A stretch of DNA of 64,000 bases from Myxococcota bacterium (GCA_040386535.1 JAZKFH010000084.1:1-64000), one strand, 5' to 3'. Numbered from the stretch's first letter, positions 1 to 12,674 are shown. The notes: a model not told the origin generated them from the letters alone. Translations and numbers: made by a program.

Positions 1-26
1 CTCTTGTTGTCGATCTCGCGCTCCAT
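1..26 (-). CDS. Probable 5' end of a gene running off the left edge (MEREIDNK...)
   Basis: ATG at 24-26 on minus strand with AAGGAG about 11 nt upstream; only 8 codons visible. Confidence 0.4.
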
Positions 27-39
27 GAATCGATAGGCT

Positions 40-172
40 CCTTCGCGCTCCGCGCCCCCCTCACGGCGGCCGTGCTGGCCGCCTCCGGGGGCGGGCGGCG
101 TTCGCTCGGCCGCTTGCCGCGGCCGCCCCTCGCAGCGCTCGGGTCGCTCACTCTGCGAGCCCTTCGGGCTCC
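40..172. repeat. GC-rich multi-hairpin intergenic element (REP-like or terminator)
   Basis: Stacked palindromes GGCGGCC-gtgct-GGCCGCC, GGCCGC-ttgcc-GCGGCC, GAGCCC-ttc-GGGCTC downstream of the molybdoenzyme gene. Confidence 0.4.
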
Positions 173-197
173 GCCCCAAGATCCCCAAGACCCAACC

Positions 198-2372
198 CTA
201 CGCCAACGCCCCCAACACCCGCTCCGGTGTCATCGGCAAGTTGTCGAGCACCGCGCCGCTCGCGACTTCGATGGCCTGGGCGACGGCGGCGGCGGGGCCG
301 TCCATGGGGATCTCGCCGATGCCCTTGGCGCCGAAGGGGCCGCCGGCGAAGGGGATCTCGATGAGGAGGGTGACCATGTCGGGGGCGTCGGCCGCGGTGG
401 GGATGATGTAGTTGGTGAGCCGATCGTTGCGCATGCAGCCGCGGTCGTCGAGCACCACCTCCTCGGAGGTGGCCCAGCCGAGGGCCTGGAGCGCGCCACC
501 CTCGAGCTGGCCGGCCGCGAGCACGGGGTTGATGGCGCGGCCCACGTCCGTGGCGGAGATGAAGCGGCGGTAGAGGACCTCGCCGGTGTCACGGTCGACA
601 TCGATGTCAACGATGCAACACGCCCAGCCGTAGGTTGGGTAGGCGTCGCCCTGGTAGGTGTCGGGGTTCCACTGGACGGAGCCGTCGTCGATGTATTGGT
701 GGTCGACGCGGAGGGGAGCCTGGGAGGTGCGGGCGGCGAGCAACGCGGCGAAGTCGTCGGTGGTCAGGCCGGTCTCGGCCTGGAGCGCGGCGCGGAGCTT
801 CTTCGCGGCCGTCTGGGTGACACCGCCGACGACCATGGTGGTGCGCGAGGCGACGGTGGGGCCGGAGTCGGGCACGAGCGCTGTGTCGTGCGGGGCCATG
901 TCGACGCTACCAAACGGAATGCCGAGCTCTCCCGCCACGATCTGGGGGAAGATGGTCTCGGTGCCCTGGCCGATGTCGGTCGAGGCGGTGAGGATGGTGA
1001 CACGGGAACCGCGCAGCTCCAACGCCACCTTGCCCTTGATGGCCGCCTCGCCGTTGCCGGTGAAGCCGCAGCCGTGGAACACCATGGCGAGGCCGCGGCC
1101 GCGCGCGTGGTTGGTGCCGGCGCCGGGGTGCCGGGTGACCGGAGGCACGGGCACTTCGGCGGCCTCGAGGGCGGCGTCCAGCACGGCAAAGGCGCCGGTG
1201 TCGGCGAGGACGCTGCCGGAGGCGGTGGTGTCACCGTCACGTAGCAGGTTGAGGCGGCGGAGCGCGAGCGGATCGAGGGCCAGCTCGCGGGCGATGCGGT
1301 CCATGTGGCGCTCGACGGCCCACATCGCCTGGGGCGCGCCGAAGCCGCGGAAGGCGCCGTTCGGGGGAGTGTGCGTGGCGACGGCGACCCCGGAGAGGTG
1401 CACGTTCTCGCAGCGATAGGGCCCGGTGAGGTGGAGGATGCCGCGGGAGAGGACGACCGGGGTGAGCGTGTTGTAGGCGCCGCCGTCGAACAGGGTGGAG
1501 GCGGTCCACTCCAACAGGCGGCCGTCGGCCGCGACGACGGAGCGGATGTGGAACACGGCGGGGTGGCGCTTGGTGGTGGCGCGCAGGTCCTCGTCGCGAC
1601 GGTAGATGAGCTTGACGGGCTTGCCGGTCTTGAGCGCGAGGAGCGTGGCGTGGGCCGCGACCATGGAGGGGTACTCCTCCTTGCCGCCGAACCCGCCGCC
1701 GGTGGCCGCCTGCACGGCGTTCAGGCGGTCGTGCCCGAGCAGCGCCTTGAGCGCCTTGTGGATGTAGTAGGGGCACTGCATCGAGCCGATGACGGTGACG
1801 CCGCCGTCCTCCCGCGGGGCCGCGAGCATGCCCTGGGGCTCGATGTAGAGCTGCTCCTGGAGGCCCACGCGGTAGGTGCCCTCGTGGACGATGCCCTCTA
1901 CGGTACCGGCCGCCGCGCCCTTGTCGATGGCGATCCGCTTGTAGACGTTGTCCGTGCCGTAGATGGCGACGGGGTGGCCCTCGGCGGCCTCGAGATCGAG
2001 GTTGAAGGGGAGGTCCTCGTAGGTGACCTTGACGTGCTTCACGGCCTCGAGGGCGCGGTCGCGCGTGGGGGCCGCGACGAGGGCGATGGCCTCCATGACG
2101 TGGCGCACCAGGCCGTCGGCCAGCGCGGGCTGGTCGTCCGTGATGAGCGCGACGACGTTGCGCCCCGGGATGTCCTTGGCGGTGACGAGCGTGATGCCGT
2201 CCCAGTCGTAGGCGGGGTCGAGGGTGATCGCGAGGATCTTTGCGTGCGCACGCTCGGACCGGACGGTGGCGCCGTAGAGGCAGCCGTCGGGACGCAGATC
2301 GTCCACGTAGAGGGCCTGGCCGGTCACCTTGGCGGCGCCGTCGACGCGGGGAAAGCCGATTCCGATGGTCAT
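198..2372 (-). CDS. Xanthine dehydrogenase/CO dehydrogenase family molybdopterin-binding large subunit
   Basis: RVDGAAKVTG..YVDD N-terminus, GGGFGGK, AFRGFGAPQ, DIGQG, ASRT, GQLEGG, GAKGIGE motifs; 724 aa. Confidence 0.95.
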   Translation of the reverse strand: MTIGIGFPRVDGAAKVTGQALYVDDLRPDGCLYGATVRSERAHAKILAITLDPAYDWDGITLVTAKDIPGRNVVALITDDQPALADGLVRHVMEAIALVAAPTRDRALEAVKHVKVTYEDLPFNLDLEAAEGHPVAIYGTDNVYKRIAIDKGAAAGTVEGIVHEGTYRVGLQEQLYIEPQGMLAAPREDGGVTVIGSMQCPYYIHKALKALLGHDRLNAVQAATGGGFGGKEEYPSMVAAHATLLALKTGKPVKLIYRRDEDLRATTKRHPAVFHIRSVVAADGRLLEWTASTLFDGGAYNTLTPVVLSRGILHLTGPYRCENVHLSGVAVATHTPPNGAFRGFGAPQAMWAVERHMDRIARELALDPLALRRLNLLRDGDTTASGSVLADTGAFAVLDAALEAAEVPVPPVTRHPGAGTNHARGRGLAMVFHGCGFTGNGEAAIKGKVALELRGSRVTILTASTDIGQGTETIFPQIVAGELGIPFGSVDMAPHDTALVPDSGPTVASRTTMVVGGVTQTAAKKLRAALQAETGLTTDDFAALLAARTSQAPLRVDHQYIDDGSVQWNPDTYQGDAYPTYGWACCIVDIDVDRDTGEVLYRRFISATDVGRAINPVLAAGQLEGGALQALGWATSEEVVLDDRGCMRNDRLTNYIIPTAADAPDMVTLLIEIPFAGGPFGAKGIGEIPMDGPAAAVAQAIEVASGAVLDNLPMTPERVLGALA

Positions 2373-2503
2373 GGGGGAGGATCCTGGCGCCCGAGTCTAA
2401 CCGAAGGGGACGCCCGGAGCGCCGAACGGCCCGGCGGACCATTCCCACCTCGGCGTCCTGCTCGCCCGGAAACCGGCTACCGTGGGATTCGCCGATGGAG
2501 CAC

Positions 2504-3025
2504 ATGCCTCGCCTGAAGACCCTCGCCGCCGTGCTCATGACGGCTTCCCTCGCCGCCGGCTGCACCGACTACCGTGTCGACAGCTCCGAGCTCTCCGCCG
2601 ACGCCGAGAGCTCCGAGATGACGCTGGAAGCGGGCGGCGCGGGCGAGGTCACCCTGCGCCTCGTGGCCGACACCGAGGCGCTCGCGCCCGAGCCGAACAG
2701 CTGGGTGCGCGTCACCGTGTTCGCGGCGCGCGTAGAGTCGCTGCCGATCGTGACCGTGGCCGCCGCCGCCGAGGTCGTGGAGCAGGAGGTCATCAGCATC
2801 GAGTACGTGAAGCTCACGGTCGACGACCCGATGAGCGGCTGCTTCGCGCCCGAGGCCGATGGGCTGGACACCTCTTTCGAGCCCGACGGCAGCTGCGTCG
2901 TGAGCATCCCCGTGACGCTCGGCGTGGTGGACGGCGTCGTGAGCCTGCATGTCACCGCGCACTTCGAGCTCAACTTCGGGGGCAACAGGGCCCCGGGCAC
3001 GCTGGGCCTCACCATCCGGGAGTGA
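2504..3025 (+). CDS. Hypothetical lipoprotein
   Basis: GGAG RBS, hydrophobic signal with lipobox LAAG-C, GC3-biased codons. Confidence 0.7.
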   Translation: MPRLKTLAAVLMTASLAAGCTDYRVDSSELSADAESSEMTLEAGGAGEVTLRLVADTEALAPEPNSWVRVTVFAARVESLPIVTVAAAAEVVEQEVISIEYVKLTVDDPMSGCFAPEADGLDTSFEPDGSCVVSIPVTLGVVDGVVSLHVTAHFELNFGGNRAPGTLGLTIRE

Positions 3026-3078
3026 GCCCGCGGCTACATCGGGATCGCGGCTACACTGGGCTCCTGTCTGGCGGCCCC

Positions 3079-4994
3079 ATGCTCCTCCTCGTCCTCTCGG
3101 CGTGCAGCGACTACGACCTGAACGGCAAGGATGAGGAGCCCGTGTTCGACCCCGGCGACACCGCCGTGCCGATCGACACCGACACGGACACCGTCGACAC
3201 CGACACGGGCACCGTCGACACCGACACGGCGTCGTGCCCGGACCAGGCCTTCCCCGGCGGCACGCTCGCCCCGCGCGACGAGTGCGGCAGCGCGCCCACG
3301 GTCGGGAGCTTCGAGCCGGTCGAGGAGTGGGCGTGGGAGAGCTTCTCCACGTCGTCCTCCTCGAACAACGTGATGATGACGCCGATCGTGGTGTCGCTCA
3401 CCGACGACGACGGCGACGGGGACGCGGACAGCGACGACATCCCGGACATCGTGTTCGTGACCTACACGGACACCGAGTGGAGCTCCGCGCGATCAGCGGC
3501 GACGGGAGCGCCGAGCTCTGGAGCGTCGCGAGCCAGCTCATCGACGGGTGCTCGGGGCTCGCGGGCGCGGACCTGGACGGAGACGGCGCGGTCGAGATCG
3601 TGGCGGTGACCTACGACAAGAAGGTCAAGGCGTTCGGCGCCGACGGCACGCTGCTCTGGACCTCGGGGCAATACGCGAGCAACCTCGGCGCCTACGCATC
3701 GACCCCCGCCATCTCCGACATGGACGGCGACGGCTCGCCGGAGATCGTCGTCGGCAGCCTGATCCTGAACAGTGACGGCTCGTTGCGCGGCGCCGGTACC
3801 CGCGGTGTCGGCGCGAACGGGGTGTACGGCACCACGTCGTTCGCGGTCGACCTCGACGGGGACGGCGTGCAGGAGCTGGTGACCGGCAACGCGCTCTACG
3901 ACCCCGACGGGAACACGCTCTGGTACAACGGCGAGGCCGACGGCTACGTGGCCGTGGCCGACTTCGACGATGACGGGATCGCGGAGATCGTCGTCACGTC
4001 GAACGCGCGCGTGCGGGTCCAGGACGTCGACGGGACCGTGTGGTGGGACACGGCCATCCCGCGCTCGTCGGCCCAGTTCGGGGGGCCGCCGACGGTCGCC
4101 GACTTCGACGGGGACGGCGCGCCCGAGGTGGGTGTGGCCGCCAATTCGACCTACACCGTGTTCGAGACGGACGGCACCGTGCTCTGGCAGGTCACGACGC
4201 AGGACAGCTCGTCGGGCGTGACGGGATCGGCCGTGTTCGACTTCGAGGGGGACGGCATCGCCGAGGCGATCTACGCCGACGAGACCCGGCTGTGGGCGTT
4301 CGACGGCCCGGACGGCGCGGTGAAGCTCGAGTCGACCGACCACAGCAACTGGACGGTCATCGAGTACGCGCCCATCGCGGACGTGGACGCCGACGGCGAG
4401 GCCGAGATCGTGGTCCCCAACGGCCTGCACCCCTCCTACGGCGCCGCCCGGCACGGCATCTCGGTGATCGGCGACGCCGCGGGCTCCTGGCGCTCCGGCC
4501 GTCGCATCTGGAACCAGCACGCCTACCACATCACCAACGTGGACGACGACGGCGGCATCCCCGCCACCGCCGACCTGAACTGGGAGAGCTACAACAACTT
4601 CCGGTCGGGCGATTTGGCCGGGGCCTCCGGCGGCTTGCTCGCCAACCTCGTGGTCGAGATCGAGGACGTGTGCCTGACCGAGTGCCACGCGGGCCGCCTG
4701 CTGGCGTGGGTGCAGGTGGGGAACGACGGCTTCGCCGACATCGACGGGCCGGTCACCGTGGAACTGTGGGGCGAGACGGACGCGGGCGAGGTGTGGCTCG
4801 CGGAGCAGGACGTGGGCGCGGTGCCCGCCGGTACGCGGATCGACGCGGTGCAGTTCGATCTGACCGGCGTCGACACCGCCACGCTCCGGGCGCTCCAGGC
4901 GCGCGTGGACGGCGGGGACACGTCCGACGGCGACTGGCAGGAGTGTGTCGAGGACGACGACAGCGACCGGTGGACGGACGTGGCGTGCCCCTGA
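3079..4994 (+). pseudogene. FG-GAP/VCBS-repeat lipoprotein with C-terminal CARDB-like domain, split by a frameshift near 3470-3490 (real or sequencing error)
   Basis: Frame A from 3079: lipobox LSAC, DT linker, TPIVVSLTDDDGDG..DIPDIVF; frame B resumes at LRAISGDG with repeated DxDGDG motifs and WNQHAY..TNV. Confidence 0.8.
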
Positions 4995-5085
4995 AGGGGC
5001 GCTCGGGGCGGATACGATCTGAAACAAGCTGTCGCTGGCGACCCGGCGCGGGGTCGGGCACCTTGCGGGCTCGCGGAGCCCCCCC

Positions 5086-6804
<1,719 letters not shown>

Positions 6805-6858
6805 GGGTTGTCGGGAGGGCGGGGCTCGCCCGCCCCGCGGCGCCGATAGTAGGCCCAC

Positions 6859-9396
6859 GTGTCCGACCTGCTCCCCCTCTCGCTCGGCACCGTCGACCTG
6901 CTGCGGCGGCGCGTGTCGACCCCCACGGGCGAGGCGCGGCTGACCACGACGGAGGTGGCGCTGCTGCGGTACCTCGCGGCGCGCCCCGGCCGCACCGTGC
7001 CGCGCGAGGAGCTGCTCCGCGAGGTGTGGGGCTACGCGGAGGGCGCCGCGTCGCGCACGATCGACGTGACCGTGCGGCGTTTGCGCGCCAAGATCGAGGC
7101 CGATCCCGCGGTGCCCACCCACCTGCTCGCGGTGCACGGGGTGGGGTACACGTTCGTGCCGGCGGTGGTGGGGATGGTGGTGGCGGCGGCGGCGGCGAGC
7201 CCTGGCGACGCGTTGATCGGGCGCGGGGGCGAGCGCGCGGCCGCGTGGGCCCAGCTCGAGGCGGGCGCGCGGCCGCTCACGGTGACGGGGCCCGCGGGCG
7301 TCGGCAAGACACGGTTCGCGCAGGCGCTCGTGGAGGACGCGCGGGCCGGCGGGCGGGCGGCGTGGTTCGTGGACCTCGTGGCCGCGGCGTCGGCCGAGGA
7401 CCTCGCGCTCGCGACGGCGGCCGTGCTCGGCCTGGCCCTGGCGACGGACCGGGCGATCGCAGGCGCGCTGGTTGGGGCGTTCATCGTCCTCGACAACTTC
7501 GAGCAGCTCCCCACGGACGCCGCCGCGCGCGTGGCCGCCTGGATCGCCGCCGCTCCGGGTGTTGCCATCGTCGTCACCTCCCGCCGCCGTTTGGCGCTGC
7601 CCGAGGAGGCGCTGCTCCGCCTGGAACCGCTCCCCGTCGACGAGGCGGTGGCCCTGTTCTGTCGGCGGGCGCGGCGCGTGCGTCCGGACGTGCGCCTCGA
7701 CGACGTGGCGGGGCTGCGCGCCCTCGTGCGCCGTGTAGACGGGCTGCCCCTGGCGCTCGAGCTCGCCGCGAGCCGCACACGGGCGCTCTCCGTGGCGGAG
7801 GTGGCCGCGCGGCTGGACGTGCCGTTCCTGCGCGATGTGACGCCCGCGACCCCCCGGCGGGCCACGCTCGGGCTGGCGCTCGACGCGTCGTGGGCCCTGC
7901 TCGACGCCGACGCCCGCCGGGCCCTGGTGGCGCTCGCGGCGGTCCCGGGCGCGACGTTCGTGGCGGTGGCGGAGGGGCTGCTGGCCCGCGTCGGCATCGC
8001 TGATCCGCTCGGAGCGCTGGAGGTGCTGGTCGATCACTCGCTCGTGCGCGTGGTGGAGGGGCCGCCGGGCACGAACGCGGCGCGGCTGGCGCCGTTCGTG
8101 GTGGTGATGGAGTACGCGGCGGCGCGCTCCGCCGAGGTGGCGATCTCCGGCGCGACGGCGGCGTGGATCGGCGCGCTCGCCGATGTGTTGGGCGGGTGGA
8201 TGGCGGACGACACGGCGCCCGATCGGCCCCCGGGCGTGGTGTGCCTGCTCGCCGAGACGGACGCGGTGCTGGCGCTGTTGCAGCGGCACGCCGACGCGGC
8301 GCGGGCGGACGCCCTGCGGGCGGCGGAGGCGTGGCTGGTGGGGGCCGGGCGGGCGCGCGGGCACCCGGCGGAGGCGACGATCGCCGACCTCGCGGTGGGG
8401 ATCGCGCGGGCCGTCGGTGACGCGCGCCAGCTCGCGCGGCTGCTGGCGTTGCGCGTGTGGGTGTACGACCGGACCGGGCGCGTGGACGCCGCGTGTGCGG
8501 ATAGCCATGAGGTCGTGGCGCTCGCCGCTACGGACCCGGCGTTGGCCCGCATTCGCGCGAGCGCCCAGCTCGGCTGCGCGAGCGCGTTGCGACGGGCGAT
8601 GCGCCACGCCGAGGCGCTGGCGGTCCTCGATGCGTTCGTCGTACCGAGCGAGGGGGCGTTGGCGTTCCTCAACGGCGTGCAGAGCGAGCGGGGGCTGATC
8701 CTCCTGCGGATGGGGGATGTGGCGGGGGCGTCCGCGGCGTTCGAGGAGGCGCTGGACACCGCGGAGGTGGGGGGCGATGCGCGGGGAGCGGGTTTTGCGC
8801 TCGACAACCTCGCCCTGACGCGCATCGAGGCGGGGCGGGGCGCCGAGATCGAGGCGCGCGTGCGCGCGGCGGTGGCGACGCGCCGGGCGCTGGGTGGCGA
8901 CGCGACGGTGTCGCCCCTGTGGTACGCGCTCGGGGCCATCGCGCTCGAGGCGGGGCGGCTGGACGAGGCGCGCGCCGGGTTCCTGGCCGAGCGCGACGCG
9001 GCGGCGGCGCGGGGGATGGTGTCCGCGATCTGGGCCGCGGCGATGAACCTCGGCTACGTCGAGCTGCGCGCGGGGGACGTGGCGGCGGCGGTCGTGGCGT
9101 TCCGCGACGCGTGCGCGGGCTTCGCGGCCATCGGGCGGACCCCCACGCCGGCGTCCGTGGGCCTGGCGATCACGCGCGCGGTCGCGGGCGAGGCGGTGAC
9201 GCTCGAGCCGGCGCCGGGCTCGCCCATCGACGAGGCGCTCCATGCGCTCGCGGCCGCGGTGATCGCGTTCGCCGCGGTGCCCTCCTCGGAGCACCGCGCG
9301 CGCCTCGATGCTGCGCTCGAGACGCCGACCGTCGCGACGAGCTTGGATGTTCGGGAGTTCGTGCGGTTCGTGCGGGGGTGGGTTTTTGGGGGGTAG
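6859..9396 (+). CDS. OmpR-type winged-helix + STAND/NB-ARC-like ATPase + TPR transcriptional regulator
   Basis: LTTTEVALLRYL..REELLREVWGY..RTIDVTVRRLRAKIE..GVGY; Walker A GPAGVGKT; IVLDNFEQ; DGLPLALELAA; helical TPR-like C-terminus. Confidence 0.9.
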   Translation: MSDLLPLSLGTVDLLRRRVSTPTGEARLTTTEVALLRYLAARPGRTVPREELLREVWGYAEGAASRTIDVTVRRLRAKIEADPAVPTHLLAVHGVGYTFVPAVVGMVVAAAAASPGDALIGRGGERAAAWAQLEAGARPLTVTGPAGVGKTRFAQALVEDARAGGRAAWFVDLVAAASAEDLALATAAVLGLALATDRAIAGALVGAFIVLDNFEQLPTDAAARVAAWIAAAPGVAIVVTSRRRLALPEEALLRLEPLPVDEAVALFCRRARRVRPDVRLDDVAGLRALVRRVDGLPLALELAASRTRALSVAEVAARLDVPFLRDVTPATPRRATLGLALDASWALLDADARRALVALAAVPGATFVAVAEGLLARVGIADPLGALEVLVDHSLVRVVEGPPGTNAARLAPFVVVMEYAAARSAEVAISGATAAWIGALADVLGGWMADDTAPDRPPGVVCLLAETDAVLALLQRHADAARADALRAAEAWLVGAGRARGHPAEATIADLAVGIARAVGDARQLARLLALRVWVYDRTGRVDAACADSHEVVALAATDPALARIRASAQLGCASALRRAMRHAEALAVLDAFVVPSEGALAFLNGVQSERGLILLRMGDVAGASAAFEEALDTAEVGGDARGAGFALDNLALTRIEAGRGAEIEARVRAAVATRRALGGDATVSPLWYALGAIALEAGRLDEARAGFLAERDAAAARGMVSAIWAAAMNLGYVELRAGDVAAAVVAFRDACAGFAAIGRTPTPASVGLAITRAVAGEAVTLEPAPGSPIDEALHALAAAVIAFAAVPSSEHRARLDAALETPTVATSLDVREFVRFVRGWVFGG

Positions 9397-9692
9397 GGGA
9401 CGGTCCGGACCTTCCACCCGAGGACGCGGCCAGCGGCTCGGCAAGAGCGCGGTCGGGGGTCAAGTTCGACTGAATAGGAGTCGGCCCGACGCAAGCCGTA
9501 CCGAATGGGAATTCCAGGCGCCCCGGCGGCGCCCCGGCTGAAAGGGCGGACGGTAGAACGCCGGGTTTGGATGGGTGGAGGCGTCGCTCGCCGGAGAGTC
9601 GACGCGAAACCGAGCCCGCGTTCCTGCTCGGTGTGGCATGCCTCCGAGACATTCCTGTTCAACCCGGCTTGGGGTGGCGCCGCACGACTCCG

Positions 9693-9808
9693 GCGCGAGG
9701 GACGCGGCGGGCGGCCGCGCGGGCGCGGCCGGTTCGGCACCCGCCGGCGCGGTAGCGGCGGCGTCGTGCCAACGGAGGGCCTCCGGCCCGACCCCGCGAG
9801 CCGGCCCG
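9693..9808 (-). repeat. Dispersed multi-hairpin repeat family, copy 1
   Basis: Minus strand GCGGGGTC-GGGCC gga GGCCC-TCCGTT...GAACCGGCC...GCCGCCC..CCCTCGCG aligns by eye to the copies at 22024 and 22573. Confidence 0.6.
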
Positions 9809-9845
9809 ACCCCGGGCTCGGGCGGGGTCGCGCCCGAATTGGGTG

Positions 9846-12041
9846 TCAGCCGACGCCGACCTCGCCGTCGCGCTCCTCTACGACCAGCACGGTGTCGCTG
9901 ACGTCGGGGTGCGCGAGCAGGTAGCGTGCCACGGCCGCGACGATGACGTGCTCGATGACACGTTGGAGCGGGCGGGCGCCGAGTTGGGGATCGAAGCCGG
10001 CGCGCACGACGCGATCGAGGATGGCCTCGGAGCAGAGCAGGCGGATGCCACGATTTGCGAGGCCGGGGCGCTGGGAGAGGAGCTCGATCTCGCGCTCGGC
10101 GATGTGGCGGACGGCCGCGGTGTCGAGGGGGCGGAAGGCGACGATGCGGTCGAGGCGATTGATCAGCTCGGGGCGGAAGAAGTTGCGGATGGCCGCGCGG
10201 TCGAGCTCGCCGACGCCACCCCCGCGGTCCGCGAAGCCGAGGCTCGCGCCGCGCCGGGCGCCGAGGTTGGTCGTGAGCAGGATGACACAGCCACGGAAAT
10301 CAGTGACACGACCCCACGCGTCGGTGAGGGTGCCCTGATCCAACACGGAGAGGAGGGAGTCGAAGAAGACGGGGTGCGCCTTCTCGATCTCGTCGAACAG
10401 GACGACGGAGAAGGGCTTCTCGCGCACCTTGCGAACCAATTCGCCGGGCTCGCCGTCGGGGTTGCCGATGAGCCGCGCGATCTGCTCGGGGTGCTGACAC
10501 TCGCTCATGTCGATGCGCACCAGCGCGGCTTCGCCGCCGAAACACCACTCGGCCAGGGCGCGCGCGGTGGCGGTCTTGCCGACGCCGGTGGGCCCGGCCA
10601 GCAGGAGGGTGGCGACGGGGCGCGCGCTGTCGTTGAGGCCGGCCTTGAACGTGGTGATGACCTCGACGATGGCGGCGCTGGCCTCGGGCTGGCCGAGGAT
10701 GCGCTTGTCGAGCCAGGTGCGCAGGACGACGGGGTCGAGGGGGATGCGGTCGTCGAGCAGGATCGGCGGCATGCCGGTGCGTTCGGTGAAGAGGGCGAGG
10801 ACGCTGGCCTCGTCCACGAGGTCCTTGCCGTCACGTTTGGCGCGGGCCACGGCCTCGGCGAGCAGGTTCACGAGCTTGCCCGGGAACTGCTCGGTGCGGA
10901 CGAACCGATCGAGCAGCCGCCGCGCGAGCCGGGCGCCACGCGGCTCGATGCGGGTGCCGAGGCGGGCATGGAGCTCGCTGAGGCGCAGCACGATCTCGGC
11001 CTGGGCGGGCTCGGCGAGCGGCGCGATGCGGATCTCCTCGAACGCGTCCAGGAAGCCGGGCAGGCGGCCGCGCATGGCCTCCATCTGCGCGGGGGTGACC
11101 TCGCCGATGATGCGCAGGCCCTCGTCGAGCGCGGGGCGCAGGTAGGCGGCGACGGAGTCGGACGGGCCGCGGCCGCCGGTCTGGAGCAGGGCGGGGAGGT
11201 CCTCGATCCAGAGCACACCGTCGACCTCGCGCAGGTCGCCGACCATCTGCTCGCACAACTCCTGCCACTGGCCGAGGTACTTGGCGCCCGCCACGAGGCG
11301 CTGGGCGCGCGTGCGGAACACCGGCGTGGTCTTCTTGAGGCGGCGCACGGCCTCGTAGAGGATGGCGCTGCGGCCCACGCGCGGCGGGCCGGTCACGACG
11401 AAGCTGCCGCGGCCGGAGAGCGCGGCGAGCACGGCGTCGATCTCGGACGCGCGCTCCCAGACGCCGGGCCAGCCGGGGGGCGGGCCGGTGACCTTCTCGG
11501 CGATGGCGCCGAGGCGCTCGAGGCTGGGCGGGGGCGGGCGCGCGGAGACCTTGCGGCGGCGGGGGACGTGGCTGATCTCGAGCGTGGGCGCGGGGAGGAG
11601 CGCTGACTGGAACAGGTCGTCGACCGAGAGGCCGCCGGCCTCCTCCTGGACGAAGTGGGCCACGAGGGTCTCGAGCGTGGAGGCGTCGAGGAAGCGGAAC
11701 ACGTGGCGGAAGTTGACGATCTCGGCGAGCTGGATGCCGCTCGCGAGGCGGGCGTGCACGACGTCGACGGGGAGCGGCAGGGTGTGCGCGCTGCCGGTGC
11801 GGCCCTTCTCCTGGTCGTCGGAGGGGCGCACGGGGAGGACGAAGCGCACGAGGCGCACCTCCTCGATGTCCTCGGGCTCGTCGAACTCGTCGCCACGCTC
11901 GATCGCTTGTTTCACGGCGGCGGTGACGCCGGAGAGGCTGCCGCGGGCGACATCGGGGGCGTCCTCGGCGACGGCGCGGCGGCCGACGTAGAGGTCGGGG
12001 GCGAGCTTCCAGCAGAGGATGGGGAGGAGGGGGTCGGGCAT
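9846..12041 (-). CDS. ClpA/B-like double AAA+ ATPase (degenerate D1, intact D2)
   Basis: D1 GPPRVGRS / VLWIED; D2 GPTGVGKT, RIDMSE, VVLFDEIEKAHP, FRPELINRLD, GARPLQRVIE. Confidence 0.92.
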   Translation of the reverse strand: MPDPLLPILCWKLAPDLYVGRRAVAEDAPDVARGSLSGVTAAVKQAIERGDEFDEPEDIEEVRLVRFVLPVRPSDDQEKGRTGSAHTLPLPVDVVHARLASGIQLAEIVNFRHVFRFLDASTLETLVAHFVQEEAGGLSVDDLFQSALLPAPTLEISHVPRRRKVSARPPPPSLERLGAIAEKVTGPPPGWPGVWERASEIDAVLAALSGRGSFVVTGPPRVGRSAILYEAVRRLKKTTPVFRTRAQRLVAGAKYLGQWQELCEQMVGDLREVDGVLWIEDLPALLQTGGRGPSDSVAAYLRPALDEGLRIIGEVTPAQMEAMRGRLPGFLDAFEEIRIAPLAEPAQAEIVLRLSELHARLGTRIEPRGARLARRLLDRFVRTEQFPGKLVNLLAEAVARAKRDGKDLVDEASVLALFTERTGMPPILLDDRIPLDPVVLRTWLDKRILGQPEASAAIVEVITTFKAGLNDSARPVATLLLAGPTGVGKTATARALAEWCFGGEAALVRIDMSECQHPEQIARLIGNPDGEPGELVRKVREKPFSVVLFDEIEKAHPVFFDSLLSVLDQGTLTDAWGRVTDFRGCVILLTTNLGARRGASLGFADRGGGVGELDRAAIRNFFRPELINRLDRIVAFRPLDTAAVRHIAEREIELLSQRPGLANRGIRLLCSEAILDRVVRAGFDPQLGARPLQRVIEHVIVAAVARYLLAHPDVSDTVLVVEERDGEVGVG

Positions 12042-12074
12042 GGGGCTCGGGGCGGGGGTCGGGGAGGGGGAGTC

Positions 12075-12265
12075 GGAGAATCAGGAAGGCAGGAATAGAG
12101 GAAGGCAGGAGTCGGAGGGGAAACCGGAGCCGGAGGGGAGAATCAGGAAGGCAGGAATAGAGGAAGGCAGGAATCGGAGGGGGAGGGGAACCGGAGAATC
12201 AGGAGGGCAGGAATAGAGGAAGGCAGGAGGGGGAGGGGAACCGCAGGAAGAGAGGAAGGCAGGAA
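12075..12265 (+). repeat. Purine-rich tandem array, left arm: GGAGAATCAGGAAGGCAGGAATAGAGGAAGGCAGGA, 3 copies plus a partial copy
   Basis: Copies at 12075-12110, 12137-12172, 12193-12228 (1 mismatch), partial at 12243-12264; short, mutually similar G/A-rich linkers. Confidence 0.95.
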
Positions 12266-12290
12266 TCGGAGGGGGAGACGGGAAGAGGGC

Positions 12291-12674
12291 TCAGTCGGGG
12301 AGCGGGCGGGCGAGGACGCGTTTGACATCGAGTTTCACCTTGCCGAAATTCAGAAGGAGTCCGTGCTCCTGGCCGACGGCGCGCAGGTAGGAGCGGACGA
12401 TGGCGAAGTGGTCGGGGACAAGCTCGCGCACGGCCTTGAGCTCCACGACAAGCTCTCCGGCCACGAAGAGATCGAGACGGTGGAGACCCACCTCGACCCC
12501 GCGGTAATGAACGGGCACCTCCACCTGGCGCACGAACGCAATTCCCCGCGCCTCCAACTCGAGCGCCAACGCCCGCTCGTACACCGACTCCAGAAAGCCA
12601 GGCCCAAGCGCACGATGAACCTCGATCGCGGCCCCAATTACCAACCCAGTCAGTTCCCCCAATTCGAGCGCCAT
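12291..12674 (-). CDS. GxxExxY protein (PD-(D/E)XK nuclease-like fold), 127 aa
   Basis: IGAAIEVHRALGPGFLESVYERAL, RLDLFV..VVELKAV, SYL..GLLLNFG; GGAGG RBS; it is the tail of the spurious 12291..16418 ORF. Confidence 0.93.
   Translation of the reverse strand: MALELGELTGLVIGAAIEVHRALGPGFLESVYERALALELEARGIAFVRQVEVPVHYRGVEVGLHRLDLFVAGELVVELKAVRELVPDHFAIVRSYLRAVGQEHGLLLNFGKVKLDVKRVLARPLPD

Noticed and set aside
9460..9639. 59-aa minus-strand sORF (MPHRAGTR...) preceded by GGAGG
   Set aside because: SD only 1 nt from the ATG, codon usage lacks the genome's GC3 bias, no recognisable motif
12075..12265. CRISPR array (36-bp repeats)
   Set aside because: Linkers are 14-26 nt, low-complexity and similar to each other; the repeat is not palindromic; an inverted copy lies beyond the adjacent gene; no cas genes
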